Origin: a virus
Taxonomy: Duplodnaviria; Caudoviricetes
Virus record (IMG/VR): IMGVR_UViG_3300036770_005357
DNA length: 64,000 bases
Reading direction: 5' to 3' (one strand)
Shown: one piece after another, positions 3,855 through 12,706 of the stretch
Position numbering within the stretch: position 1 is the first letter of the stretch
How the letters are laid out: every line of letters starts with the position of its first letter
Notes under the pieces: generated by a model
Databases searched by the model: none
Told to the model about the DNA's origin: nothing
Seen by the model: the letters and a program-made list of their open reading frames with translations, nothing else
Made by a program: the position numbers and the translations under genes

Positions 3855-4877
3855 TTATATATTGAATATAGATTTTAGCTTAGATTCTACTGTATAGAAC
3901 CAATCTGTATTATTTGAAGGTGTGGTTGGAATTTTACTTAAAAGTATTTTCGTACTATATGTTGCCAAACCATGTTGTTCGGCATCATTACAATTGGCAT
4001 ATTGTTCGTAGTGATTTGGCAATGGTACCATTAAGACTGGTTTATTATTCAATATAGCTTCAGCGGTTGTTTCAAATCCACCGCTACAAATAACAGCTTT
4101 GCACACTTTCATTTTTTCTTGAAAAAGTTTACCGTCTAATTTATGTAATTTTAAGTTATGTGGACATTCAAAATTTCTTGTTAATCTTGTAAAGCATTCT
4201 AATTTTATATCTGGATATTTTATAGCTTCTTCAATTAAACCGGGTACCAAATCTTGATTCATTAAATATATTAACACAAAATCTTCAGTTTTGTCACTTT
4301 TGTCATAACTGTTTTGTCTAAGCACTGGTGGACAGCAGATAACATTATCATCATTAAATTCATAATAACTCAACGCAACTTTTTTGGCTCGTATAGTTGT
4401 GATACAATTAATTAACTTTACAAAGAATTTTTGTATTGCATAACCATTTATTTTTGGATATACATCAAGTATCATTGCATTTTGGTGGGATATGCTTATA
4501 TAATTGATTTTAGGAAATAATAAAGCAGAAAGCCCGACCAATGGTTCATAAAAGTTAACAATTGTATCTGGATTTTCTTGTTTGATTGTTTTACAAATCT
4601 TAATAAATGCATAAATTAATCGGGGTAATTCTATTACATTTTTTAACATGGTTTTCCATAAAACTACTTTGCCGTGATTATCAAATACAAAATCAAAACC
4701 TTCAAAGGTTACCACATTAAATTCATCGGTAAAAAACTTTGGTAGACCTACTTTCTTTTCTGCTGCTAATATACAGCTTACATCGTGATTGTTTTTATTT
4801 AGAAATTGTTTAGTGGCAATAGCTTGTATTGTATGTCCACTACCTTCTGTACAAACAGCAAATAATATTTTTTTCAT
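3855..4877 (-). CDS. GT-B glycosyltransferase, MJ1255/VC2487-like (GT28/GT1 related)
   Basis: N-terminal CTEGSGHTIQA. C-terminal GGFETTAEAILNNKPVLMVP..HYEQYAN. Confidence 0.8.
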   Translation of the reverse strand: MKKILFAVCTEGSGHTIQAIATKQFLNKNNHDVSCILAAEKKVGLPKFFTDEFNVVTFEGFDFVFDNHGKVVLWKTMLKNVIELPRLIYAFIKICKTIKQENPDTIVNFYEPLVGLSALLFPKINYISISHQNAMILDVYPKINGYAIQKFFVKLINCITTIRAKKVALSYYEFNDDNVICCPPVLRQNSYDKSDKTEDFVLIYLMNQDLVPGLIEEAIKYPDIKLECFTRLTRNFECPHNLKLHKLDGKLFQEKMKVCKAVICSGGFETTAEAILNNKPVLMVPLPNHYEQYANCNDAEQHGLATYSTKILLSKIPTTPSNNTDWFYTVESKLKSIFNI

Positions 4878-5578
4878 AATTTTATTAATTGTATATCACC
4901 GTCAACAGTTTCAACTACAGCTGTAAGGCTTTCAACGAAATCTCCTGTATTAACATAATGAATATTGTTCATTTGTTTGATTATAGGCGCGTGTATATGT
5001 CCACAAATTACGCCGTCATAATTATTTAATTTACAATATTCCGATAGAGTATCTTCATAATTACCGATGTATTTTACAGCTTCTTTAGCTTTTTGTTTTA
5101 AAAAATTACTGAAGCTAAATTTAAACATTCTGAATAATTTATTTATACCCAAACTAAAATCGTAAATTACAGCTCCAATTCTTTGAATCCACTTATTTTT
5201 GGTTACTATGCCATCAAATTGATCGCCGTGTATAATCAAATATCTTTTATTATTCAGTGTTGTATGTATTGTTTCTCTTGTAATAAGAATATTATCTCCA
5301 AAATGAATATCATTAAATGGTTCCATAAAGTCATCGTGATTACCCCACAAATAGGTAACAACCGTACCTTTACGACTCATTCTTAATATCTTTTGCAATA
5401 TTACATTGTAGTTGTTGTGCCATTTAAATCTTCGTTTGAGTGCCCAACCATCTACAAAATCACCTATTATGTATAAATATTCACATTCAGTTTCACTTAT
5501 TAATTTCAATAACTTTTCATGATTACAAAACTCACTTCCAATGTGTGTATCGCTAATAAAAAGAGTTCTTACTTTCAT
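4874..5578 (-). CDS. LpxH/YbbF-like metallophosphoesterase (UDP-2,3-diacylglucosamine hydrolase family)
   Basis: FISDTHIG, IIGDFVDGW, GNHD, IHGDQFD, ICGHIH, NTGDFVE. Start placed at MKVRT (5578), the track gives 5620. Confidence 0.85.
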   Translation of the reverse strand: MKVRTLFISDTHIGSEFCNHEKLLKLISETECEYLYIIGDFVDGWALKRRFKWHNNYNVILQKILRMSRKGTVVTYLWGNHDDFMEPFNDIHFGDNILITRETIHTTLNNKRYLIIHGDQFDGIVTKNKWIQRIGAVIYDFSLGINKLFRMFKFSFSNFLKQKAKEAVKYIGNYEDTLSEYCKLNNYDGVICGHIHAPIIKQMNNIHYVNTGDFVESLTAVVETVDGDIQLIKL

Positions 5579-5725
5579 TGACAATAAATATAAAAAGGTA
5601 TGGTTACAAAGTCGTGACAAATGTTTTTTGTAAAGGAATTGTAAAAGTTAAAATTTATCTATTATAAAAAATTATGTATATTATGTAATCAATTAAGGTT
5701 ACGATTTAAAACGAAAGGATTATAT

Positions 5726-6073
5726 ATGTTAAAGTATCTATTGATATTGTTGACCGCAACAAGTTTGTACGCTCAAGAAGGACCAAAAGGACCACCTCCC
5801 GGTAATCGTCCACCACGTCCAGCTTTGACTGAAGAACAAAAAAAGCAACGAGATGCAATTGTTGCCAAGTACGACACCAACAAAGATGGTAAGTTGGATA
5901 GAGAAGAAAGATCCGGTGTAAGCGAAGAAGATCGCAAGACATTGAGAAGTTTTGGTCCTCCGCCAGGCGGTCCTCGTAGAGGTCCCGGCGGTCCTTACGG
6001 ACCACGTAAAGATGTTCCTCCAGCTAAGAAAGAAGTATCAGCTTGTTGCAGTGTAAAATGTGAATGTTGTTAA
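5726..6073 (+). CDS. Secreted Pro/Gly-rich EF-hand protein (Verrucomicrobia-type)
   Basis: Signal peptide MLKYLLILLTATSLYA, EF-hand loop DTNKDGKLDREE, GPPPG repeats. Confidence 0.75.
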   Translation: MLKYLLILLTATSLYAQEGPKGPPPGNRPPRPALTEEQKKQRDAIVAKYDTNKDGKLDREERSGVSEEDRKTLRSFGPPPGGPRRGPGGPYGPRKDVPPAKKEVSACCSVKCECC

Positions 6074-6091
6074 TTATAATATAAAACAGTG

Positions 6092-6116
6092 AACCCCGCT
6101 TTTGGCGGGGTTTTTT
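6092..6116. terminator. Bidirectional intrinsic terminator
   Basis: AACCCCGC-TTTTG-GCGGGGTT-TTTT between convergent genes. Confidence 0.85.
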
Positions 6117-6117
6117 G

Positions 6118-6264
6118 TTAACTTGCTAATGAACCACTTGTACTACTAATACTTACATCGTAAGCTGGTTGACCTAATTGGTTATTTACATAATTAAGAT
6201 CCCAACTAGGTACATTTACCAACTTCTTTTTGCCTTTTTTGTCTTTAGTTATAATTCTTCTCAT
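6118..6264 (-). CDS. Small hypothetical protein (48 aa), not in ORF track
   Basis: MRRIITKDKKGKKKLVNVPSWDLNYVNNQLGQPAYDVSISSTSGSLAS. TATTTATA 5 nt upstream. Confidence 0.6.
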   Translation of the reverse strand: MRRIITKDKKGKKKLVNVPSWDLNYVNNQLGQPAYDVSISSTSGSLAS

Positions 6265-6280
6265 ATCATATAAATAGAAA

Positions 6281-6304
6281 ACCCCACCAAATAAGTGATG
6301 GGGT
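6281..6304 (-). terminator. ACCC(C)AC..GTG(AT)GGGT hairpin terminator, copy 1
   Basis: ACCCCA/TGGGGT stem followed by a T run on minus strand. Confidence 0.65.
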
Positions 6305-6324
6305 CACATAACAATTTATTTCAT

Positions 6325-6540
6325 TTACTTTTTACAAATAAACGATGTATATACATTTTCTGCGCGTTGCAACGCATCATGTAATGGAATATCACCGATA
6401 TATTCAAGTGATTTACCGCTCTTCTCAGCATTACGTTCAGCAATTTCTTTTTTGGTAAACCACTCGTTTTGAGTGATGTTGATCATTTCTTTTAGAATTT
6501 CCCAACGCAATTCGTAGGGAGTCTTATTATTATCTGCCAT
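6325..6540 (-). CDS. Hypothetical phage protein
   Basis: MADNNKTPYELRWEILKEM. Start moved from 6588 to 6540. Confidence 0.7.
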   Translation of the reverse strand: MADNNKTPYELRWEILKEMINITQNEWFTKKEIAERNAEKSGKSLEYIGDIPLHDALQRAENVYTSFICKK

Positions 6541-6608
6541 ATTTTTCCTTTGTGTTTGTGTGTTATGATAGCCACTATTGACTATCACTTATATATAACA
6601 AAGAAAAA

Positions 6609-6636
6609 ACCCACCGAATTATTATATTCAGTGGGT
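6609..6636 (-). terminator. ACCCAC..GTGGGT hairpin terminator, copy 2
   Basis: ACCCAC-C-GAAT..ATTC-A-GTGGGT, T run on minus strand. Confidence 0.7.
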
Positions 6637-6653
6637 TATATATCTAATTTTTA

Positions 6654-7334
6654 TTAAGCTTGTTTAGATTCAAAAAATCCTCTTTTAGCGAGAGTTTCTG
6701 CATCTTCCAACATATCTTTCAACATTTCCTTAGCAATTTCGTCTTTTTCGATACTACCGAAAAGTTTCTCGAATTCTTGTCTTTCGTCTGATTTTTTAAT
6801 ATTATCTATATCCGTGCGAATTTCCAAACTTAAAAAATCAATTTTTTCTTCAAAACTCATTTTTTTGTATTTTCGCCAATCAAGCATTCCCATGTTTTTG
6901 ATTGCATATATAACATTATTTTTATATTTATCTACTAATTTTCTCAATCTGACTTTTTTGTTGATTAGTTGTTTTTCTTTTTCCTTTTCCAAGTAATTTC
7001 TCAAGTACGCATTAAAATGATACAAAATGGATGTACCAGGAAATTCACTATATTCATCAAAATCAAATCCACCATAACCACCGTTATGTTGTGAAGTGTT
7101 TAAATAAGTAAGAAAATCGTTTAACTTTTCATTACTCCAACCGGCTTTAGCTGCATATTGTTTTATTGTAAATTTTGGTCGTTTCTCAACTCTTTGTCGT
7201 GTACCGGTTAAACCATCTGGATCCCAATCAGGTCGTTCAGTCTCTGGTTCTTCATAATATTCATTAATATTTAAATGTTCTTTAAGCAGTTTAAGATGCT
7301 TCTTAAATGTGTCGTTTAAAGTGTTTTCGTTCAT
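6654..7334 (-). CDS. Hypothetical protein (possible virion/late protein)
   Basis: ORF track. Tandem TATTTATA at 7355-7368 upstream. Confidence 0.7.
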   Translation of the reverse strand: MNENTLNDTFKKHLKLLKEHLNINEYYEEPETERPDWDPDGLTGTRQRVEKRPKFTIKQYAAKAGWSNEKLNDFLTYLNTSQHNGGYGGFDFDEYSEFPGTSILYHFNAYLRNYLEKEKEKQLINKKVRLRKLVDKYKNNVIYAIKNMGMLDWRKYKKMSFEEKIDFLSLEIRTDIDNIKKSDERQEFEKLFGSIEKDEIAKEMLKDMLEDAETLAKRGFFESKQA

Positions 7335-7378
7335 GTCAGATGATTCCTTGTAGATATAAATATAAATATAAGATAAAA

Positions 7379-7404
7379 ACCCACTAAGTATTATTTTAGT
7401 GGGT
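7379..7404 (-). terminator. ACCCAC..GTGGGT hairpin terminator, copy 3
   Basis: ACCCACTAA/TTAGTGGGT 9-bp stem, T run on minus strand. Confidence 0.75.
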
Positions 7405-7430
7405 AGGAATATTAATACTGTTATAACACT

Positions 7431-8219
7431 TTAATTGGGATTTGTAGTTGGATCTTCTGTCCAAATTACTCTCTCTTGAGGAAATATAGCTTTGCCAGGT
7501 TTACCTACACCTTCTCTAGTTTCTACTACTTGATTACCTTTAAAATTCTCAGCGTGTCCATCTGCAAATATTAAATTACCGGTATTGTTATGACGAGCAG
7601 AAAATCTGCTAGCAAAAGCATTTGGTTGACCATTATATTTACTTTGTTTAGCATGAAACATTGCTTCTCCCGGTAATCCACATTCAGTAAATACCACAGT
7701 GGATACCGGTATTTGAATTGCACCAATTCTAGTCAAATTAGTGTCACGATTCAATTTACTGTTCATAGCAAGTGAAAATAATGGATTAGCTTTTCTTACT
7801 TCTACAGCAGGCAACTTTGCTGCGGGACATGTAAACATAGAACCCTTTTCATAAAATGCTAATGGTGTATTAGCAAAATTAGATACGGGTATAGTTCCTA
7901 TAGCTCTAGGAATTGAATTACACCACAATTCTCTATTTTCATCTTGTATAGCTAAACTATAATCTAATATGTCTTGTCCAGATGGTAAATTAAATGGTTT
8001 GTCTAACGGCAAATAATCTTGATTTTCATCAACATAATACATCAAACCAAGACCCCATTGTTTTTCTTGATTTAAACAAGATATTCGTAAAGCGTTGCCT
8101 TTAGCCTTACTAAGTGCCGGTAACAACATACCAGCTAATATAGCAATTATTGCGATTACAACCAACAATTCTATTAAGGTAAACCCTTTCTTCAATCTAT
8201 TTGTAATATTCAACTTCAT
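7431..8219 (-). CDS. Prepilin-type N-terminal cleavage/methylation protein with C-terminal H-X9-DG motif (DUF1559-like, PVC-type pseudopilin)
   Basis: [31 protein letters not shown]...[12 protein letters not shown]-terminal [16 protein letters not shown]-like AAAGGA upstream. Confidence 0.9.
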   Translation of the reverse strand: MKLNITNRLKKGFTLIELLVVIAIIAILAGMLLPALSKAKGNALRISCLNQEKQWGLGLMYYVDENQDYLPLDKPFNLPSGQDILDYSLAIQDENRELWCNSIPRAIGTIPVSNFANTPLAFYEKGSMFTCPAAKLPAVEVRKANPLFSLAMNSKLNRDTNLTRIGAIQIPVSTVVFTECGLPGEAMFHAKQSKYNGQPNAFASRFSARHNNTGNLIFADGHAENFKGNQVVETREGVGKPGKAIFPQERVIWTEDPTTNPN

Positions 8220-8316
8220 AGTTATGTCCTTTTGTTAAGAGACAATAACTATTTTTATAATAAATCCGTTTCTCTTCTGTAACTGTGATGTAACAATCGT
8301 TGACAGTTTGTTACAA

Positions 8317-9099
8317 TTATTTATAAAACGGTTCATTTATATCAATTTTACCATCATTTAAATCATTTATTAATTGTGGTATATTTTCTTTTTCAATAAT
8401 TGGCATTTCTTCTTTAAGTAATTCTGTTGCAGATACTTTTACAATTTTATTGTGTTTTGAATTGTTTATCAATATTTGTTTACCGGTTAAACTATTACTA
8501 TTTGCACCCGGTACTTTAGACATCAATAATTTCACTTTTTCAGCACTATAACTCGTTTTACCATAATTTATACCGTTATCATAAGCATTGTTAATTTTTG
8601 ATTCTAAATTAATAAATGATTGTTCTATTGATTCACCTGTAGATGGTTTGCCTTTAGTAATATTCAACTTACCAACAGTATAAGTGTTTAATACTGTTAT
8701 AAGTTTATTTTTTGTTAAATTAATCTTTATATATTTTACTTTCATATTCGGATTAATTGTTATAGCGGCTGCCCACTTATGATGACCATCCATAATTGCA
8801 GGTGGATCATCATTTGAAACTACAGCATCCATATCCTCCAAATTCAACCATGTTTCATTAGCAAGATGTGCCAAAATAAAAGAAAGCACTTTGTCCGAAA
8901 CAAGTGTTTTTTGTGTAGGCGTTAAAAGAATAACATCACCCACGACAATTTCGCTGGTAACAATATCATCTTTTATATCACCATCTTTATGACCCGATTC
9001 AATTTTTACTTTAGCAACATTTGTATCTATATTTGAAAGTGCAATTGGATCTTTGGAAAAAGCAACCGTTATAAATAAAAAAAATAGTAGTATTCTCAT
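8317..9099 (-). CDS. ParB/Srx-like domain protein with predicted signal peptide
   Basis: LTPTQK..IMDGHHKWAA motif. Hydrophobic N-terminus MRILLFFLFITVAFS. Confidence 0.65.
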   Translation of the reverse strand: MRILLFFLFITVAFSKDPIALSNIDTNVAKVKIESGHKDGDIKDDIVTSEIVVGDVILLTPTQKTLVSDKVLSFILAHLANETWLNLEDMDAVVSNDDPPAIMDGHHKWAAAITINPNMKVKYIKINLTKNKLITVLNTYTVGKLNITKGKPSTGESIEQSFINLESKINNAYDNGINYGKTSYSAEKVKLLMSKVPGANSNSLTGKQILINNSKHNKIVKVSATELLKEEMPIIEKENIPQLINDLNDGKIDINEPFYK

Positions 9100-9134
9100 G
9101 TAAGAATAACTACTATTCCGATTTTTAAAACTAG

Positions 9135-9150
9135 GTTACAGATCTGTAAC
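9135..9150. repeat. Perfect 16-bp palindrome
   Basis: GTTACAGATCTGTAAC. Confidence 0.9.
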
Positions 9151-9154
9151 AAAG

Positions 9155-9337
9155 TTACTCAGCACTCAGACCAATACCTCGTATATCAAGATACTCTGGC
9201 TCCTTACCATATAGTTCATCAATGGTCTGCTTAATAGCCATCTTGTAGGTGTACTGAGTATAAAGATCACTGTATTGAAGTTTCTTCTCAGCAATCTTCT
9301 GCTTCAGATTATTAATAACTGTCTCCGTACTCTTCAT
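9155..9337 (-). CDS. Small hypothetical coiled-coil protein
   Basis: MKSTETVINNLKQKIAEKK... Start revised from 9433 because the upstream part overlaps another ORF. Confidence 0.55.
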   Translation of the reverse strand: MKSTETVINNLKQKIAEKKLQYSDLYTQYTYKMAIKQTIDELYGKEPEYLDIRGIGLSAE

Positions 9338-9464
9338 AATCCCACTTAGTTCGTTTAGTGTTGTCTTGGTTGTCCCACTTCTTCTTAGACTTTTTATTAG
9401 CCTTATTTCCGTCAAAACGATCCCACTTGTCACGACGGCCCTTATCTTTCCAACTCTTGCCCAT
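9312..9464 (-). CDS. Small charged protein (50 aa) with three KWD repeats, not in ORF track
   Basis: MGKSWKDKGRRDKWDRFDGNKANKKSKKKWDNQDNTKRTKWDYEEYGDSY. TATTTATA at 9484-9491. Confidence 0.65.
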   Translation of the reverse strand: MGKSWKDKGRRDKWDRFDGNKANKKSKKKWDNQDNTKRTKWDYEEYGDSY

Positions 9465-9521
9465 TTTAGTATTTAGTTTTAAATATAAATATTAAATAAA
9501 AAGTGGTTCAACCACATTTAT

Positions 9522-9764
9522 TTAAGCAGTAGCAGCCTTGGCCTGTGCAACAGTGTACACGATTGACGGCTTGCCACGCTTACCACTCTTAAGAGTGCCA
9601 GTAGCGACATATCGGCCAGCGGCGACATTACGCTTGACATGCATCCTAACAGTAGGAGCCTTGACATTAGTGTTGAGGTTGAGAAGATCCACAACCGTAA
9701 AATTACGGTCAGTGATCTCGTTGAGCTGAGTAGCCTTACGGCTAACCTTAGTATTAGTATTCAT
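9522..9764 (-). CDS. Small basic winged-helix-like DNA-binding protein (early)
   Basis: FTVVDL..PTVRMHVKR..GRY..TG..GKRGKPSIVY. Strong promoter upstream. Confidence 0.6.
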   Translation of the reverse strand: MNTNTKVSRKATQLNEITDRNFTVVDLLNLNTNVKAPTVRMHVKRNVAAGRYVATGTLKSGKRGKPSIVYTVAQAKAATA

Positions 9765-9816
9765 AACTTATTTTATTTTTTATTGTTTGTTGTTAGTTGT
9801 TTACCTTACAAGATCC

Positions 9817-9844
9817 ATACTACCATGATTTTTTTATTTGTCAA
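9817..9844 (-). promoter_or_regulatory. sigma70-type early promoter
   Basis: TTGACA-16 nt-TAGTAT, extended TGG. Confidence 0.75.
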
Positions 9845-10053
9845 CGACTATTTTGAGCAGCATCCATAATCAAAGCAGTGGTAAGATTGCCAACTCCATA
9901 GCGTTTGCCATTTTTATCGTATGTAGTGTTAGCATTTTTATTGTAGTAACCTACATTTTGTCCGTTCTTGCCATGAGCGTAAACAGTAGATCCCATATCA
10001 TTATAGTAACCCACCCTACGGCCCTGTCCATCAAATACATATTCCATTCCCAT
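9841..10053 (-). CDS. Small beta-repeat hypothetical protein
   Basis: Repeated D/G-x-x-G-x-x-VGYYN units. Confidence 0.65.
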   Translation of the reverse strand: MGMEYVFDGQGRRVGYYNDMGSTVYAHGKNGQNVGYYNKNANTTYDKNGKRYGVGNLTTALIMDAAQNSR

Positions 10054-10067
10054 ATTATTATATATTG

Positions 10068-10607
10068 TTAAAGTTTATCGTAATAGTTGCGGTAATTAGA
10101 CATAATAATTCCGCTAGTAGTACCTACATTAAGAGATCTTACACTACCATATGCCTGAATTGTAATAATCAAATCACTATTGTCAAGCATAAAACCACTT
10201 AATCCATCTTTTTCCTCGCCAAAAATAAACATTGGCTTGTCAATACCATAAAATAGATCTTCCTCATACAAATCATAAGTCTTATGTTCATATTCAGGTA
10301 TATTGTTTTCTACCGCAATCAAATTGTAATTTTCATTCTTGACATAATCTACAAATGATTCTTCATCAGTAAAATGACTTATATCCGTATAGTGATATGT
10401 ACCTACACTTCCTCGTCTATCCCACTTCTTCTTGCCAACATAACAAGCTTGCTTGTAACCAAAAAAGTTGGCATTACGAATCAAAGTGCTGAGATTAAAA
10501 TCTCCAGACACATGCATCATTGCAACACCAGCATCAATCGCTGAATCTTTACAATAATTCTTAATTTCAAGAACCGTATGGGTCTTGAGATGATCCAAAA
10601 CATTCAT
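10068..10607 (-). CDS. SpoU/TrmH-family RNA 2'-O-methyltransferase (SPOUT)
   Basis: NLSTLIRNANFFG, FIFGEEKDGLS, IQAYGSVRSLNVGTTSGI. Confidence 0.88.
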   Translation of the reverse strand: MNVLDHLKTHTVLEIKNYCKDSAIDAGVAMMHVSGDFNLSTLIRNANFFGYKQACYVGKKKWDRRGSVGTYHYTDISHFTDEESFVDYVKNENYNLIAVENNIPEYEHKTYDLYEEDLFYGIDKPMFIFGEEKDGLSGFMLDNSDLIITIQAYGSVRSLNVGTTSGIIMSNYRNYYDKL

Positions 10608-10615
10608 ATAACAAT

Positions 10616-10867
10616 TTACTTCTTCTTGTTCTTAACCTTCTTTGTAACGGTGGGTTCCTCTACAACATATGTAGGAGAATCATCAGTCATTACACCTATA
10701 TTAGCATCAAACTCTTTTTCTGCTGTATAAATAACATTTGCAACAAATTCTGTCAATATACCACTCCACTTATTGGCTACACTATCTTCCTTGACAGCGA
10801 TTTGTTTCCACTTAGGAAGTTCATTGAACAATCGGTTATATGTGTCTTTATATTGTTTTGATGTCAT
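10616..10867 (-). CDS. Hypothetical protein
   Basis: ORF track, tightly packed in operon. Confidence 0.6.
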   Translation of the reverse strand: MTSKQYKDTYNRLFNELPKWKQIAVKEDSVANKWSGILTEFVANVIYTAEKEFDANIGVMTDDSPTYVVEEPTVTKKVKNKKK

Positions 10868-10878
10868 GTTTATAAATA

Positions 10879-11130
10879 TTAAAATGAAGTAGTCAAACGA
10901 CTCGCATACCCCATATTACTGTTCTTACCCATACGATACGAAACTTTTTGATAATTGTCAAATGCTTTTCTGGAAGTAACAACAATAGCACCAGCAGTTT
11001 TGTGACCATAAGATATGTAACCAAACTTCTTATGTTTCTGTGCTACCTTGTCACCGCAAGTCAAACAAATCTTGTAGCCAAGTTCGTATCGTTCAGGATG
11101 AATATCATTTCCACAACCACATTTAATCAT
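10879..11130 (-). CDS. Zn-finger protein (TraR/DksA C4-like N-terminus)
   Basis: CGCG..IHPERYELGYKICLTC. Confidence 0.6.
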   Translation of the reverse strand: MIKCGCGNDIHPERYELGYKICLTCGDKVAQKHKKFGYISYGHKTAGAIVVTSRKAFDNYQKVSYRMGKNSNMGYASRLTTSF

Positions 11131-11136
11131 ATAAAA

Positions 11137-11165
11137 AGTATACGATAGAGGGTTGATTTAGTCAA
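11137..11165 (-). promoter_or_regulatory. sigma70-type promoter
   Basis: TTGACT-17 nt-TATACT. Confidence 0.7.
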
Positions 11166-11171
11166 TAAAAA

Positions 11172-11193
11172 AAGCGTACCACTAGGTACGCTT
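11172..11193 (-). terminator. Intrinsic terminator
   Basis: AAGCGTACC-ACTA-GGTACGCTT flanked by A/T runs. Confidence 0.8.
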
Positions 11194-11199
11194 GATTTT

Positions 11200-11538
11200 T
11201 TAGTTAGAAGGTTCGTGATGATAGTGATCGGTATTTAACCGTTTCTCAATATAATCTTGAAGTTCCTTGACCTTGATTCGCAGTCTAGTAAGTTCATCCA
11301 TTTCATCCGTTTGTGCATCTACAATTTGTCCAATTCGTTCAATCGTCTTAATTGCACCTGCGTTGTCCTGTTCGTTAACAATATCAAGTGCCCAATCAAT
11401 TGCAACATTTTCGTCAGTAATTGACGGGTAGAGTTTAGTTAGTTCATCGGCAATCAACTCAAGATGCTGATTTTGAACATTACTTACCGCACGATAAACT
11501 TCGGCGTACATTAGAATTTTTTGTTTGCTTTTATTCAT
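11200..11538 (-). CDS. Hypothetical protein
   Basis: ORF track. Confidence 0.6.
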   Translation of the reverse strand: MNKSKQKILMYAEVYRAVSNVQNQHLELIADELTKLYPSITDENVAIDWALDIVNEQDNAGAIKTIERIGQIVDAQTDEMDELTRLRIKVKELQDYIEKRLNTDHYHHEPSN

Positions 11539-11542
11539 ATTT

Positions 11543-12517
11543 TTATCTTCCCGGTGGTAAACTATTTTCCTTCACTTCAAATATACCATTACCAACGAAA
11601 TCTGTCAAGGATTTATATCCACTATAACTTACAGCTGATGATAGTCCACCCCACAAATCATCAACCAATTCTTGTAGAGACTTAACACTATTACGATCTA
11701 CTTCATACACTTTACCTTCACTATGTCGTCTCACACCACCATACAGTTGTTGTTGTTTGGTACTTGCTCCACCCCAATATGTACCATCGCCGGTTTCCCA
11801 TGTATAGGCTTCTTTAGCTCTAGCAAAGTAACCACCCATCATAACATAATCAGCACCAGCACCAAATGCTTTAGCAGCATAGTTACCGTTCTTTATACCA
11901 CCATCCGCAATTACTTTTAAGTTGTCAATATCAGCTTGATCACTACATTCTATAATTTCTGTAATTTGTCCTCTGTTATAACCAGTAGCATCACTTGTAG
12001 CACAAGCACTACCACCAGCAATACCAACTCTAATCAATACTTCGGGTATATATTTACTAAAATAACTGTATAAATTTATACCATCTGCGGTCATTACATT
12101 GCCGACCATTAAACGATTAACTTTATGTTTATTACATAGCTTATTAATTACATCACGAATTTGTGGTAAATAACCATTGGCACAATCAATCAACCAATTA
12201 TCAACACCTTCACTTGCCAACTCTTTAGCTCTGTCCCAATCATTAAGTCCAATGCTTACAAATAAGTTTTCTTTATTTGGTACAATGGAATAATTAATTA
12301 CAGCATTATCAATATCACAAAACTTATGTTGACATACAGTTAACCCTAGTTTTGTAGCTTCTTTAGCAAATGTTTGTCCTACAACTGCTGCCATAGGACT
12401 AACAATTATGCGATTCAGTTCAAGCGGCACATCCTTACGACTACCGATTTCAGCTGGTTGTGCTATAAGATTTACATCGTTATAGTAAATTGACTTGGTT
12501 TTCTTAAAAACTGCCAT
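11543..12517 (-). CDS. guaC: GMP reductase / IMP dehydrogenase family (no CBS domain)
   Basis: YYNDVNL, IDCANGY, VGNVMT, GIAGGSACAT (catalytic Cys), IADGGIK, VMMGGYFA, SAVSYSG. Confidence 0.8.
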   Translation of the reverse strand: MAVFKKTKSIYYNDVNLIAQPAEIGSRKDVPLELNRIIVSPMAAVVGQTFAKEATKLGLTVCQHKFCDIDNAVINYSIVPNKENLFVSIGLNDWDRAKELASEGVDNWLIDCANGYLPQIRDVINKLCNKHKVNRLMVGNVMTADGINLYSYFSKYIPEVLIRVGIAGGSACATSDATGYNRGQITEIIECSDQADIDNLKVIADGGIKNGNYAAKAFGAGADYVMMGGYFARAKEAYTWETGDGTYWGGASTKQQQLYGGVRRHSEGKVYEVDRNSVKSLQELVDDLWGGLSSAVSYSGYKSLTDFVGNGIFEVKENSLPPGR

Positions 12518-12520
12518 AAC

Positions 12521-12706
12521 TTATTCACCTTTCTTGAAACTATTCTTCATATCTTTAAGTAATTCGCCGATAGCTTTCAAACTTCGTACTCTATCTTTAT
12601 ATAGAATTTCAGTCTTTACTTCTTCTTGTTCAATAAGAAGAATTAAATCATTAATCTTCTTCATTGTAATAGTTGGTTTTAGCCGTTCAAATTCACTTGC
12701 ATTCAT
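12521..12706 (-). CDS. Hypothetical protein
   Basis: ORF track. Confidence 0.5.
   Translation of the reverse strand: MNASEFERLKPTITMKKINDLILLIEQEEVKTEILYKDRVRSLKAIGELLKDMKNSFKKGE

Noticed and set aside
8277-8315. RNA pseudoknot AACTGT/ACAGTT crossing TGTAACA/TGTTACA
   Set aside because: Loop lengths (0-2 nt across the minor groove) are sterically unfavourable on either strand. Kept only as a DNA repeat observation.
9338-9433. N-terminal extension of the 92-aa ORF 9155-9433
   Set aside because: It overlaps a more plausible 50-aa ORF (9312-9464) that has its own upstream motif.
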